DNA of 64,000 nucleotides from Hypanus sabinus. Lineage: Eukaryota. How positions within the stretch are numbered: position 1 is the first letter of the stretch; each line of letters begins with the position of its first letter. Of the stretch, positions 25,200 to 36,930 are shown one piece after another. Location: contig NC_082720.1 in the NCBI RefSeq assembly GCF_030144855.1, positions 76,074,001 through 76,138,000 on the forward strand. The letters run 5' to 3'. The notes below the pieces were generated by a model, which had not been told where the DNA came from, did not search any database, and saw only the letters and a program-made list of their open reading frames with translations. The position numbers and the translations under genes were made by a program.

Positions 25200-26629
25200 A
25201 AAAGTTAAAATGCACATCTTAAAACACCACAACATTTGTGAAGCAAATAAAAATGCTAATTTTTGTATTATTGACATTACAGGTAAAGAGTTTAATTGGT
25301 GAAACAAAAATGTTTTTTTCCATGCAAGCATCTCAGAAAATTTTCAGTATTCTGTCAATTAAACATGAGAACTTCAAGGTTGCACACATGATAGTTCTCA
25401 CCCATTGTTGGGTTTTATCTGAGTGTACACACTATTCTAGTACATGCCAAAACAGTGCCAGTTGTCCACAGGGTATATTAGACTTGATGCTACTCAATAT
25501 GTTCTGCACTTCACATCAGACCCCACCCCACTTACCCCGCACTAATCCTCCATGGTCCTGAGAATCTAACTGAGCCAGTGTCTTTACTGTCACATTGTCA
25601 CACAGTAGGTCATTTCATAAATGGCAAACAGACCTCAAGTGGGTTCTAAGAGTCTGCTTCCAGATCATCATCGCACTTTCTAATCAAGAAAATCCTTCTG
25701 ACTGTTTTTTTAAAAAAGACATTAGATAATAAATGTTTTAAAAATTGAAATCGATTTAAATTATTCAAGATATTAAAGAATATAAAAATAAAATTTAGGA
25801 TTTATATTGTTTTAGTTAATAATAATTAAAATAAACTCAGAAACCATAATGTTTCCATCCAGGTCTCATATTAAAATGAATGGTGTCACGGAGGAGATGC
25901 CAGATGCCAGTCTAAGGGATCAGATGTGAAGTGTACTCACAATCTTCCTGAAATTAACCTCAGCATCTGACCTGCATTTGGACTTTTGCACTGCAGCTGC
26001 ATTTCAAAATGCAGTCAAAGAGAGCAGGATTAAAACAAATTGTGCTTTGCTTTTAGCCAGCATTTTCTATGGAACTGCTAGTTGAAGAGGACATACTTAG
26101 TGCAATTATGTCACTCTCCAAAGGGCCAGAACAACTAGAGGGCACCAAGGTGTATCACAATGCCCCTAATACAATAAGCTAATGGAATATTTTCATTTCA
26201 CTTTAAAATAGAAAGTAAACAATTAAGTTATTCTTCATGAATTATATCTGTACACTTTAGCTGATATATGTTGCTGTTAGTAGTTAAAATATAATTTATT
26301 CAGATCTCACGTTTAATTGAATGAACCAACATGGGTCAGTGTATCCTTGTAGCCTGTGAGTGGGACCATCTTTCTCTGATATTGCGCCAAGCCTGAGAGA
26401 AGACATCATGCACAATACGTACAGAAGATTTATCAACAGTGCCTCCATAATGACGCATCTTATACTGACAACAGCACTTGACAGCCTCACAAATTTTACT
26501 TCTATGGAGTGGAACTATATCAACCATCATAGAGGGGCAACTTTAAATGATGGAGTTGATAAAGAAAGTGTATCCTAAATAGAAAGGGAAACTTTCCCAA
26601 ATCTTTCAAACTTGATTTTCAAATAGGCT

Positions 26630-27515
26630 TTAGAATATGGAGCAGTACGGTACAGTACAGAAACAGGCCCTTCAGCCAAGTATATCTGCACCGACCATGT
26701 TGCTCATCCAAGCTAATGTCATCTGACTGCACATGGTCCATACTCTTGTTCCCCGCCTGTTAAAAGAGTCTGACTAAATTCCTCTTAACCATTGCTATCT
26801 TATCTGTTTCTACCACATACTCTAGCAGCATATTCCAGGAACTTATCACTCACTCTGTTAAAAACTTTCCTTGCACTCCTCCTCTAAGACTCCCCTCTCA
26901 AATTAGCATCTGCCCTGCAGTATTTTATGTTTCCATCTGCAAAAAAAAAAGACTCTGTCTAGGCTATCTAGCCTATCTGTGTTAAATGTAAATAAAATAA
27001 GAAGGGCAAGTTATAGAACATTGAACAGTACAACATAGGAACAGCTCCATCAGCCCATGATGTCTGCACCAGACATAACGCCAAATGTAACTAATACTTT
27101 TCTGCCTGCATGTGACCCTCAAACATCGATATTCATGTGTCTAAGAGCCTGTGAAGTGCCACTATTATATCGGTTTCAACTACTACACTGGTGTAACCAC
27201 GTCTGTAAAATAAATATGCCCTGCGCATGTCCTTTCAATTTCCCTGTCTCACCTTAAACGCCTGTCCTCTAGTATTTGACATTTTTACCCCAGGAAAATG
27301 ATTCTGACTGTCTATCCTATATATGCCTCTCAATCTTATAAATTTCACCAGCTTTCTCTCAGCCTCTGATGGTCCAGCTAAAACAATGCAAGTCTGTCCA
27401 AACTCTCCTTAAAGAATACACTTTCTAATCGAGGAAGCATCCTTGATAACCACGTCTGCACTCTTTCCAAAGGCTCCAAGTTCTTCTGGTAACTGGACAA
27501 CTAGAAATGCACACA
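26630..27515 (-). mobile_element. Two tandem degenerate CR1 3' fragments
   Basis: Two CR1 tails in reverse: acagtacagaaacaggcccttcagcc at ~26652 and atagaacattgaacagtacaacatagg at ~27013, each followed by ORF2 C-terminal remnants. Confidence 0.65.
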
Positions 27516-28043
27516 ATTATTTTTTTACTTTTTCTTCACCATCCAGGATACAACTCCCAGATGAGATAAAGACCCATGATCACCCTCCTCAAGGTGATAT
27601 AAAAGGCCTTTCTTATTTGGTTTGTCATAGACAGAATTCAAACACAATGCTTCTTTTCCCCGCAGTGTCTGCAAGATCCTCAGCAAAGCAGCATGGATGT
27701 TTCTAGAGCAAGTGTGCTCAGTTTAAACAAATTTGGAAACTACCTTCAGTATTTTCTTTCACCTCCATAGGATGTGCTGTTTTATAATCTACTCCAGTTT
27801 AATTAAAAGAATCAACGAGCTTTGTATGTTCAGAAATATTGCAAGATGTAACCGAGTTTCTAAATGGCCCAAGCCATAATTCCTGTTTAGAATCTTCCAT
27901 GGCCAGAAAGTAATTTGGCACGCGTGGACTGCATTCCTCCAATAAATATTTCAATTCAACAAATATTTGAGTAATAAATAGACTGAGACTCAATTAAAAT
28001 AACAGAGAATACCTCCCTATGGAGACAAGCTTAAGAAGTGGCC

Positions 28044-28190
28044 TATAAGACCACAAGATATAGGAACAGAATCAGGCCATTTGGCCCATCAAACCGGACC
28101 TGCTATCCCATCATGGCTGATATATTATCCTTTCAGCCCCATTCTCCTGCCTTCTCCCCGTAAACTTTGATGCACTCACTAATCAAGAAA
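28044..28190 (-). mobile_element. CR1 3' tail fragment
   Basis: ataagaccacaagatataggaacagaatcaggccatttggcccatc...ccccattctcctgccttctccccgtaa. Confidence 0.75.
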
Positions 28191-29319
28191 ATTGATGAAG
28201 CTTTCAAATATATGCTTTATTGCAGGCTGGGAAATAAAGGAAAAATGGTGAAACAAGAAACTTACTGGCAAACATGTAGATGTTGTAGCAAAATATTCCA
28301 TAAGCATAGTCAACAGTAGGAGACTAAAGAAAGGGATTTGATAATGAAATTACAGAGAAACAGATGACAAAGTTTCCTTCAAGAGTCTACTTGGAGGCCA
28401 AAGAGAAAAATGAATACAAATTGTCAAGATGGATGATCCGAAAGCTGAGATGAATAGGAAAGGAGGTAGCAGACAAACTGCTCAACATTGAAATGGTTTG
28501 TGTTTGTAGACATGTGAAGCCAGGAGAGGAATATATATCTATGAGTCTGCTCTGTGAATACATGCTGAGCTCCCAATGGATACTGTGCATGAGGAATTCC
28601 AGAAGAACTGATGATACTGTATAAGAGACATGTGACAAGGTACTCAATGGATTAAAATTGGATCAAAAGATACTGGTGAAATTAAAAAATGTGTTTCTCA
28701 GAAAAGATGGTATAAAAAATCCAGTATTGAACTGTATATTGTTAAAATCAGTGATTGTTATAAATCTGTGAATTAATTATATTCCATTGTCAATGGCAAG
28801 ATGTTCAGTTGTATGTGTTTTTGCACAAGGGTATGGAATCGTCTTATAGGATGTATTACCATGGCAACGCTACAGTAACTGCTATAATGATAACAAGCTT
28901 CATCACAAAATAGTTAAAAACTTTGGGCCCTTAACATGAGAATTTTGTGCTTCATGCCAACTGATTTGTTTGGTCATTTTTAACATATTTTCCAAATTGG
29001 TGGCTGTAATCAAGCCAGCATTTGGGTTCCCAGCTGCCAGTATTATTCTGGTATGCATTCAGCTCATTGTGAAATATGCTGATTAATTTTGCAGCTGACT
29101 TTCAGTCATGTTAATATTGCAGAACATTCAAACTTTCTATCAGACCTCGCGTGTAGGAACTTAAATTCCAGCCATGATTTAATGGAGATCGTTTTGTAAA
29201 TAAAAAAATGACATAATTTACATTAAACTTATAATTATTTTATTTTAACTCACTGAATGAGCTCTGGATAATTTATACTACCAATTTTGCTCCTCTTCAC
29301 CACCCAAACGCCATCTCAT

Positions 29320-29470
29320 CCTGTAGGAGGAAACCAGAATACCCGGGGGAAGCTCACCAATTCCACGGGGAGGATGTACTTACGGAACGGTGCTGGAATT
29401 GAACTTTGAGCTCTGGAATGCCCCAAGCTGTAATAGCGGTGTGCTAACTACTACAATACTGTGGCGCCCT
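29320..29470 (-). mobile_element. V-SINE (HE1-like) 5' part
   Basis: Reverse of V-domain and tRNA head: tgtaggaggaaaccagaatacccggggga...ggaattgaactttgagc...ctactacaatactgtggcgcc. Confidence 0.7.
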
Positions 29471-29836
29471 CATTAGTGTGTAGGATGTGGAAAGGTGGGG
29501 AAAAATAAGTGTGTAGAGACATGAAGACAACTTTCTCTCTTTCAATGCTGAGCGAGGAAAGTCACACATAGTGGAGTTTACATTATTTAGGAGACACCTA
29601 CGCTAGGGAGACCGCACAATGAATCTTAATGTACCAATTTACGATGAGAGCATAGCAATAGTTTAAGCTTCATTAGGCTATTCTAAAGATAACCTAATCT
29701 GATGGCCAGGGAATTTGTTTATTGTTAAACTCTTAATTTGTTAAAGAACTCAAGAACAGATGAATGTTTTTATCCCTTAAGGCAATCCCCCAGCAAATCA
29801 GTGCTTATAGCACAAGAAGAAATTCTTAAAGCTGGC

Positions 29837-30142
29837 TTGATACAGGGTCATGAGCTGACATGGTGACCATCCCTTTAATACAGGGTCATGAGCTGACATG
29901 GCAACCATCCCTTTGATACAGGGTCATGAGCTGACATGGCGACCATCCCTTTAATACAGGGTCATGAGTTGACATGGCAACCATCCCTTTGATACAGGGT
30001 CATGAGCTGACATGGTGACCATCCCTTTAATACAGGGTCATGAGTTGACATGGCAACCATCCCTTTGATACAGGGTCATGAGCTGACATGGCGACCATCC
30101 CTTTAATACAGGGTCATGAGTTGACATGGCAACCACCCCTTT
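29837..30142. repeat. 38-bp x8 minisatellite with 76-bp (and probable 152-bp) higher-order structure
   Basis: tacagggtca recurs at 29841, 29879, 29917, 29955, 29993, 30031, 30069 and 30107. Units alternate ttGata/ttAata and ggYGacc/ggCAacc. There are no spacers. Confidence 0.97.
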
Positions 30143-30232
30143 GTATCCACAGATGCTGCCTGATCTGCTGAGATCCTCCATCCAGCAGCTTGTTTGTTTG
30201 ACTTAGATCACAGCATTTATAGTCTTGTGTTT
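30143..30232 (+). mobile_element. PLE terminal remnant continuing from the minisatellite
   Basis: ccacagatgctgcctgatctgctgagatcctcca...cagcatttatagtcttgtgttt. Confidence 0.7.
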
Positions 30233-30458
30233 CCCTGCAACTCCACATATGTTTGCTCTTTATGAGAGCAATCCAAATCTAATTTAGCCTTCTCTCAAAA
30301 CATTGCTTGCATCTTCCAAAACCACCCACTATTCCTTTAAGCAATGCAGTCTGGACCACACACATTAACAAAACAAATTGCATTCTACTAACTTTCTGTG
30401 TGTGCCAGGGCTGATCAATCTGCAGATTCTAAAGCAAGTTAAAAATATATACGTAACA

Positions 30459-30663
30459 AACACGAGAAAACCTGCAGATGCTGGAAATCCAACGCGACAC
30501 ACACAAAATGCTGGAGGAACTCAGCAGGCCCACAGCAGACCCAGGGTCTCGGCCCGAAACGTCGACAGCGCTTCTCCCTATAGATGCTGCCTGGCCTGCT
30601 GTGTTCTACCAGCATTTTGTGTGTGTTGTTTGAATTTCCAGCATCTGCAGATTTCCTCGTGTT
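30459..30663. mobile_element. Short palindromic non-autonomous PLE derivative
   Basis: aacacgagaaaacctgcagatgctggaaat...aaaatgctgg is inverted against ccagcattttg...atttccagcatctgcagatttcctcgtgtt. Contains the 3' half of the hammerhead motif (gggtctcggcccgaaacgtcgac). Confidence 0.85.
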
Positions 30664-30959
30664 GAATACCATACGAGTATTGTTCTGGGATGACCAACTT
30701 AGATCAAACAATACTGACATGGTTTTGTTTATATAAAGCGGAAGTGAACCAAGCACGTGAAAACTTTGGCAGATTCAGATGATTGCTCATTCAGCTTGCC
30801 CGATGTCTCCAAGGACACTTCAGACCTCACTTTAAATATTGTATTCAGGTTTGGTCGCCTCATTATAGGAAGGATATGGAAGATTTAGAGAGGGTACAGA
30901 GGAGATTCACCGGCTTGTTACCACATAGCCCCACTGGATAGGTACCTCATGCACAACTG

Positions 30960-31266
30960 TTCACTCACACCATCGCCCATTGATGGTAACAGCAGCTAAT
31001 ATCTTCAAGATGCATTGCAGCAACACTCTGAGACTTACTATAAATCCTCAATCTCTACCAGCCGGCAGGACAAGGCTTCAAACACATGGGAACACCACCA
31101 CTCAGAGGCAGTCCACCAAGTCAAATGAATTGCCAGGTCAAAATCCCGGATCTCCTTCCTTAACAGCGCTGTGGGTCAGGGACTGCAGTGGTTCAGGACA
31201 GAAGCTCAGAGTCACCTTAAAGGCAATTAAATGCTGGGTTAATCCACATCCCTTGAATAAAAAAGG
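30960..31266 (+). mobile_element. 3' end of an older CR1/L2-group LINE
   Basis: aagatgcattgcagcaac...catgggaacaccacc...gtcaaaatcccgg...aacagcgctgtggg...ggactgcagtggttca...taaatgctgg...cacatcccttgaataaaaaa resembles a shark LINE 3' end (from recall). Confidence 0.55.
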
Positions 31267-31400
31267 CAAATAGAAACTATGACATGGACATTTCAAAGGC
31301 AACATGAGTGAACCTGCAGATACTGGAAATAAATAAAAAAAACACAAAATGCTGGCAGAACTCAGCAGGCCAGACAGCATTTATGGGAGGAGGTAGTGAC

Positions 31401-31428
31401 GACGTTTCGGGCCGAACCCCTTCATCAG
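31401..31428 (-). ncRNA. Minimal hammerhead ribozyme core (PLE-encoded)
   Basis: - strand reads CUGAUGA-A-GGG guucgg CCC-GAAA-C-GUC. All catalytic-core nucleotides are present, with the palindromic ACGU in place of helix III. Helix I pairing is poor in this copy. Confidence 0.6.
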
Positions 31429-32659
31429 GAGTGAAGTAACATGGGATAGTCAAGAGGGGATAAGAAGTGGGGGGAGGGATAAAGTAGAGAGCTGGGAAGT
31501 GATAGGCTGGAGGGAAATGGGCTAGGGGGCAAGGTGGAGAATTATGGGAAATAAAAGAGAAAGAAAGGTAGGGCTGTGGGGAGAGATTATAGTGAGGAGG
31601 GGAAAAAAGAGAAAGAGAGCCAGACTAAAATAATAGATAGGGATGGGGGTAAGGTGGGGGAGGGCAAGGGTATCAACGGAGGTCAGTGAGTTGGACGTTA
31701 ATGCCAGTAGGAAGGAGGCTACCTAGGCGGGAGATAAGGTATTGGTCCATTGACCTGCGTGTGGCCTCATCTTGACGGTAGAGGAGGCCATGGACAGACA
31801 TGTCGGAGTGGGAGTGTCACCCTGCCAGCCTACAGATCCAACGCATAATCCTCCGTAACTTCCGCCATCTCCTATGTGATCCCACCACCAACCACATCTT
31901 CCCCACCCCCCCATTCTCAGCTTTCGTCAGGGATCGCTCCCTACACGACTCCCTTGTCCATTCATTCCCCCCATCCTTCCCCACGGACCTCCCTCAGGGC
32001 ACTCATCCCCGCAAACGGAAGAAGTGCTACACCTGCCCCCACACTTCTTCCCTCACCACCATCCCAGGCCCCAGACAGTCCTTCCAGGTGAGGCACCACT
32101 TCACCTGCGAGTCAACTGGGGTGATATACTGTATCCGCTGCTCCCGATGTGGCCATTTATACATTGGGGAGACCCACCGCAGACTGGGAGACCATTTCGC
32201 CGAACACCGGCGCTCAGTCCTCCAGCAGTAGCGGGATCTCCCTGTGGCCACACACTTCAATTCCACAGACCACTCCCACTCCGATATGTCTGTCCATGGC
32301 CTCCTCTACCGTCAAGATGAGGCCACACGCAGGTCAATGGAGCAATACCTTATCTCCCGCCTAGGTTGCCTCCTTCCTGCCGGCATGAACATCCAACTCA
32401 CTGACATCCATTGATACCCCTGCCCCCCCCCCACTTACCCTTATCCCTATCTATTATTTTAGTCTGGTTCTCTTTCTCTCTCTTTTTCCCCCTCACTAGA
32501 ATCTCTCCCCCCAGCCCTACCTTTCTTTCTCTTTTATTTCCCATAATTCTCCACCATCCCCCCCAGCCCATTTCCCTCCAGCCTATCAATTCCCAGCTCT
32601 TTACTTTATCCCTCTCCCCACTTCTTATCCCTCCTCGACCATCCCATGTTACTTCACTC

Positions 32660-32687
32660 CTGATGAAGGGTTTCGGCCCGAAATGTC
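32660..32687 (+). ncRNA. Minimal hammerhead ribozyme core (PLE-encoded), second arm
   Basis: CUGAUGA-A-GGGU uucg GCCC-GAAA-U-GUC, with C15.2 changed to U (CpG decay). Helix I is not evident. Confidence 0.55.
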
Positions 32688-32789
32688 ATTATTACCTCCT
32701 CCCATAGATGCTGTCTGGCCTGCTGAGTTCTGCCAGAATTTTGTGTTTTTTACATGAACATTTCCCTTTTCTTTGCCAGCGGTTGTCAA

Positions 32790-33260
32790 AGCACAGAACT
32801 GTTCAGCACAGGAGCAGGCTCTTTGGCCCACAATGCCTGCACAAAACACAAGGACAAATTAAACTAATTCTCTTCTGCTTGTACATATTCACATGTTTAT
32901 CTCTTAAATGCGTCTATCATATCTGCTTCCACCACTCCCCTACAGCAGTCTTCCATTATCTTCCATTCTGTGTAGAGACAAACATTGCCTCCATTAAACT
33001 CCCCTCCCCCACCTTAAATGTATATCCTCTAGTATTTGACATTTCTACCCTGGGATAAAGATTATGACTGTCACCCAATCTATACCCCCGGCAAATCTTA
33101 TTGATTTCCATCTCATCATGTGTCATTTCTATTCCAGAGAAAACAACCCAAGATTTTTCCAATCTATCCTTGTAACTCATACCCTCTAATCCAGGGAGCA
33201 TCCTGTTAGACCTCTTCTGCACCCTCTCCAAAGCCTCCACATTCTCCTGTAATGGGAGAT
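32790..33260 (-). mobile_element. CR1-like LINE 3' fragment
   Basis: EALERVQKRSNRMLPGLEGMSYKDRLEK and PRVEMSNTRGYTFKV on the - strand. Confidence 0.85.
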
Positions 33261-34477
33261 CAGATTTCCAATAATACCTTCAGAAGATATCAGAGAATAT
33301 CCATTTTACTGTTACTATTGAATCATACCAGGTTCCCTTTCCCCCCTCCCAAAGTGTAAACTTAAATGTTCATTGGGGTTTTAGAGTTATTAGACAACGA
33401 TGGCATTACAGTTCAGAAAAAGTTTCTTTCCTTGATAATTATTTCCACATAACTTGAGTGTGTCACTGTCTCTGAACATTTTAAATGCCAGATCGTACAG
33501 TGGTCTTCACCTTGCTGCTTGTCTGACTGAAGATCAATGTTTCCCTTCATTTGCATATTTACACTCAATAGCTCCTCAGACTGGTGGTATCGTTCCAATT
33601 AGACAGCCTCTAACACTAATGGAGATGTTAATGGCTCTCATTACCTCATATGTGTGGCTAGAATGGTTCAGCTGATATTTTATAGGGCTTATTTTAGAGA
33701 TGTTGTTACTTGACAGGTAATCTTGCTCAATGAGTAAAACTATTTTGCCAAGGAAAGGATTTCTCTTTAAAACAGCCAACAAAATAAATTACTGCTGTCC
33801 GTAGCTGGAGAACCGCAATCATACAGCCACAAAATTGTTAAAACACACATCCCAGGACATAGTTCATGGGGATTTGAAAGCTCAAAAAGAGTAGTCAACT
33901 ATTCCATCCCTTCTTGCATTCTCAAGATAGAGCAGCTTCTACCACTGCGTCAACTTCTTAATAATGAGAAATGGAATTGCAAGTGTTTGATCAATGGAAG
34001 GTTTGAGCAGCAAGTTTTTATATCGTATGATGAGAATCTTAAAGCTAGCAGTGGTGTCATCAGCTATATTATAGATGATGGGAAGAAATCGCTTATCGGG
34101 AAGGCTTTTTGTTATTGTTATTACAGATCACAAACAATTATTGGTGATGGTAAGTCTTAAAGTAGCAATTTCTGCAATGTCATCTTCCAGGATGCAGTTT
34201 TGGTATCCTCATATTGTATGCGCTTGGGGTGATATAGACTAAATTAGTGCACGATTGCAGCTCTCAACTCACAGACATCTCAGATAAATCAAAGTTATCA
34301 CATGAAACAGTTACTGATTTTTTTTTCTAATCCTTCCAAAGAGCAGTAGAATGATCTGGAGAGTTGTTTAAAAAAAGTTCGAGAAGAGGCAAATGTTGCA
34401 AGGTCCCTTTTTCTTCATGACCGGCTGACTTCCATACTGGTGGGGTCTGGGGGAGGAAATGGGAATGCACGGGAAAG

Positions 34478-34790
34478 GGGCACCACAGTAGCATAGCAAA
34501 TAACACAATTGGTTTACTGCACTCACAATTATCACTCAGGGTTTGATTCCCACCTCTGTATGTAAGGGGTTTGTACATTCTTCTGCATAACTGAATGGGT
34601 TTCCTACAGATTCCTCTGGCATTCTGAAGAATTAGGCTTATCGTTTTACTGGCATGCTATGCTGGCACGAGAAGCATTGAGACACACGTGGGCTGCCAAG
34701 TACAATTCTCACTGATTTGATTTGATGCAAATAACATACTTCACTTTACGTTCCGATGTACATTTGACAAATAAATCTAATTGTTAATCT
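34478..34790 (+). mobile_element. Degenerate V-SINE
   Basis: tRNA-like head (cagggtttgattccc B box) followed by the V-domain tgtaaggggtttgtacattct...tgggtttcct. Confidence 0.65.
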
Positions 34791-34973
34791 TCATTATATT
34801 GCATCTTCCATATGACAGAGAGGGGGTAACTTCAGTATATATGAGTCTACATCAGCTCACAGAGTGAACTCCTTTCTCTACCAATTTTTCCTACAACCTA
34901 CTCTCCACAGATTTCCATTTGTTCCTCCCTCAATTCTACAACTCTTTTACAGAATCAGGCAATTTTAACTAGT

Positions 34974-35190
34974 TGTGATGAACTACATATACCTGTCTGG
35001 ACACGCCCCCTGCTGACTGCTCCTGTGGCTCCTCCCACAGACCCCTGTATAAAGGTGATTGAGGCCTGAGCCCAGCCTCTCAGTCTCCAGGATGTAGCAT
35101 GGTGGTCGACCACTGCTTGTTCCTTCTTCCAGTCAATAAAAGCCGATATCTCGCCTTTACGTCTCAGAGAGAGTTATTGATGGTGCATCA
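34974..35190 (+). mobile_element. Solo LTR (217 bp) with 5-bp TSD
   Basis: TG...CA termini (tgtgatg...gcatca), TSD ctagt at 34969-34973 and 35191-35195, TATAAA at 35048-35053 and AATAAA at 35135-35140. Confidence 0.88.
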
Positions 35191-35904
35191 CTAGTTATCC
35201 CACTAGTCCGCATGCCTCAAATTTATGGGAGGATACTGGAACATTTAGGGGAAATTCATGCATTTGTTGGAAGAAAAGGGAAGCTCCACAAAGCCTGGAG
35301 GACGCAATTGAACCCAGGGTCACTGGATCTTTGGTAGCTCTTCCAGTTATACTACTTAAGAAGCTAAGGAGCACAAGTTCCATATGCAACTCTTGCACAT
35401 CATTTTTACCCTGGTAGAGATTTCATGTAATGGGGTTTGACAGTCTAATTTGGAAAGAGAGTAGATAGATAAAGATAGGCAGAAAAGGACAATTCTAACA
35501 ACGTAAAAGAATCACTTGGCCAGTGAGTGAGTTTGAGATACTGCTTTGAGTTCTCAGTGAAGTAATCAAGGGTCGTGGTCCAAATCAGTAACTAACGACC
35601 ATAACGAACAGATGCTAGAAATCAGAAATTGCCTTTAACATAATTAAATATTAACTATGTCTTCTTCTACAGATGCTGTCTGACCTGCTGAGTTCTTCCA
35701 GCACTGTCTCTTTCTATTAAGTAATTAGTGCATATTGGAAATAAAAAAGTGTCAATGTTGATCGGATAATTATAGCAAGATAATAAACATGAAAAATGTA
35801 TGGTGATGAATTTATTCTGAATATGGACAGTACCTGCTGTTGAAGGGTCACAACACAAGTTAAACTAAGACTGCACTCTGAGGAAGCCAGTTAACAGATT
35901 ATGA

Positions 35905-36470
35905 TATAGTAGCATTGCAGTTAGTGCAACGCTATTACAATTTGGGGCATTCTGGAGTTCAAAGTTCAGTTCTGGAGTTGACTGTATGGAGTTTGTATGT
36001 TCTCCCCATGACTGTGTGGATTTTCTCCAGGTGCTCTGGTTTCCTTCCACAGTCCAAAGATGTACAGGTTAGTAGGTCAATTGGTCATTGTAAATTATCT
36101 TGTGATTATGTGTGTGCGCGCGTGTGTGTGTGCACCCTTAATTCCCGGAGGAGTCTTCGGGGCACCATCATAATAAGCTATTTGCTCCAGTCTTATTGGT
36201 GATTGCTCATCGTACGTCTTGGGCATCCAAAACTTGACGGAGCCCATCCCTCTCCAGGTTTTTTCTTTACGAGGTCGAGTTGCTAGCTTGACACTCAACC
36301 CAGGCACGGATGGAGTGCGTGCAAGGGAGCCGACTGGATTCGAACTCAGGACGTCTCACCCCAAAGTCCAACGCTGATGCCACTACGCCACCAGTGTTAA
36401 ATGGGTGGGATGCTGGACAGTACAGCTTGTTGGGATGGAAGAATCTTTTCCATGCTGTACCTATAAATAA
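35905..36470 (+). mobile_element. V-SINE (HE1-like), split by a nested SINE
   Basis: V-domain gtatgttctccccatgactgtgtggattttctccaggtgctctggtttccttccacagtccaaagatgtacaggttagtagg. The CR1-like tail resumes at ~36395 and ends ctgtacctataaataa. Confidence 0.85.
36109..36394 (-). mobile_element. tRNA-derived SINE with (CA)n tail, nested in the V-SINE
   Basis: - strand head tggtggcgtagtgg (A box) and gagttcgaatcc (B box). Middle gctagcaactcgacctcgtaaa. Ends in cacacacacgcgcgcacacaca. Confidence 0.85.
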
Positions 36471-36499
36471 GGATAAAAATCAAGCCTCTATTGACGGTA

Positions 36500-36930
36500 A
36501 TAAACACAGGAAATACTGCAAATGCTGGAAATGTAGAGTAATGTAACACACATACACAAAATGCTGGAGGAACTCAGCAGAAAAAACAACATCTATGGAA
36601 TGGAATGAAGAGTTGATATTTTTGGCCAAGACCCTTCATCAGGACTGGAACAGAAAGAAGGAGAAGCCAGAAAACTGGTGGTGGTGGTGGGGGGGTGGAG
36701 GGGAAGGAGTACATCTAGAAGGTGATAGGTGAAGTCAGGTGAAGGGGAGAAGAGGGGAATGAAGTGAGAAGCTAGGAGGTGATAGGTAGAAAAGGTACAG
36801 GACTGAAGAAGGAATTTGATAGGAGAAGAGAGTAGACGATGGGGGAAAAGGAAAGGGGGAACTGATGGGGGGACAGAATTGATAGGTAGGTGAGAAGAAG
36901 AGGAAAGAGATGTAAGAGGGAAGCTAAAAT
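36500..36930 (-). mobile_element. PLE (Neptune-type) 3' terminus
   Basis: aaaatgctggaggaactcagcag...acccttcatcaggactgg followed by the purine-rich UTR. Degenerate hammerhead motif at ~36612-36648. Confidence 0.8.

Larger units (their letters stand above)
31295..32751 (+). mobile_element. Young Penelope-like (Neptune-type) element, 5'-truncated, with inverted terminal copy and 13-bp TSD
   Basis: GIY-YIG domain VIYCIRCSRCGHLYIGET..RLGDHFAEH preceded by a Cys linker (KKCYTCPH). Arms ~31336-31816 (-) and 32271-32751 (+) are near-identical inverted repeats. TSD acatg[g/a]acatttc at 31282-31294 and 32752-32764. Confidence 0.95.

Noticed and set aside
26518-26561. Short hairpin tatcaaccatcat...atgatggagttgata
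   Set aside because: Only ~13 bp with a bulge and AT-rich. Too short for a pre-miRNA and plausible by chance.
29837-30142. CRISPR-like array of 38-bp repeats
   Set aside because: Units are head-to-tail with no unique spacers, there are no cas genes, and the context is eukaryotic. It is a minisatellite.
36325-36394. tRNA gene (also heads at ~47626 and ~24443)
   Set aside because: A/B boxes are followed by SINE bodies and tails, two of them with TSDs. No complete cloverleaf or pol III terminator is evident.
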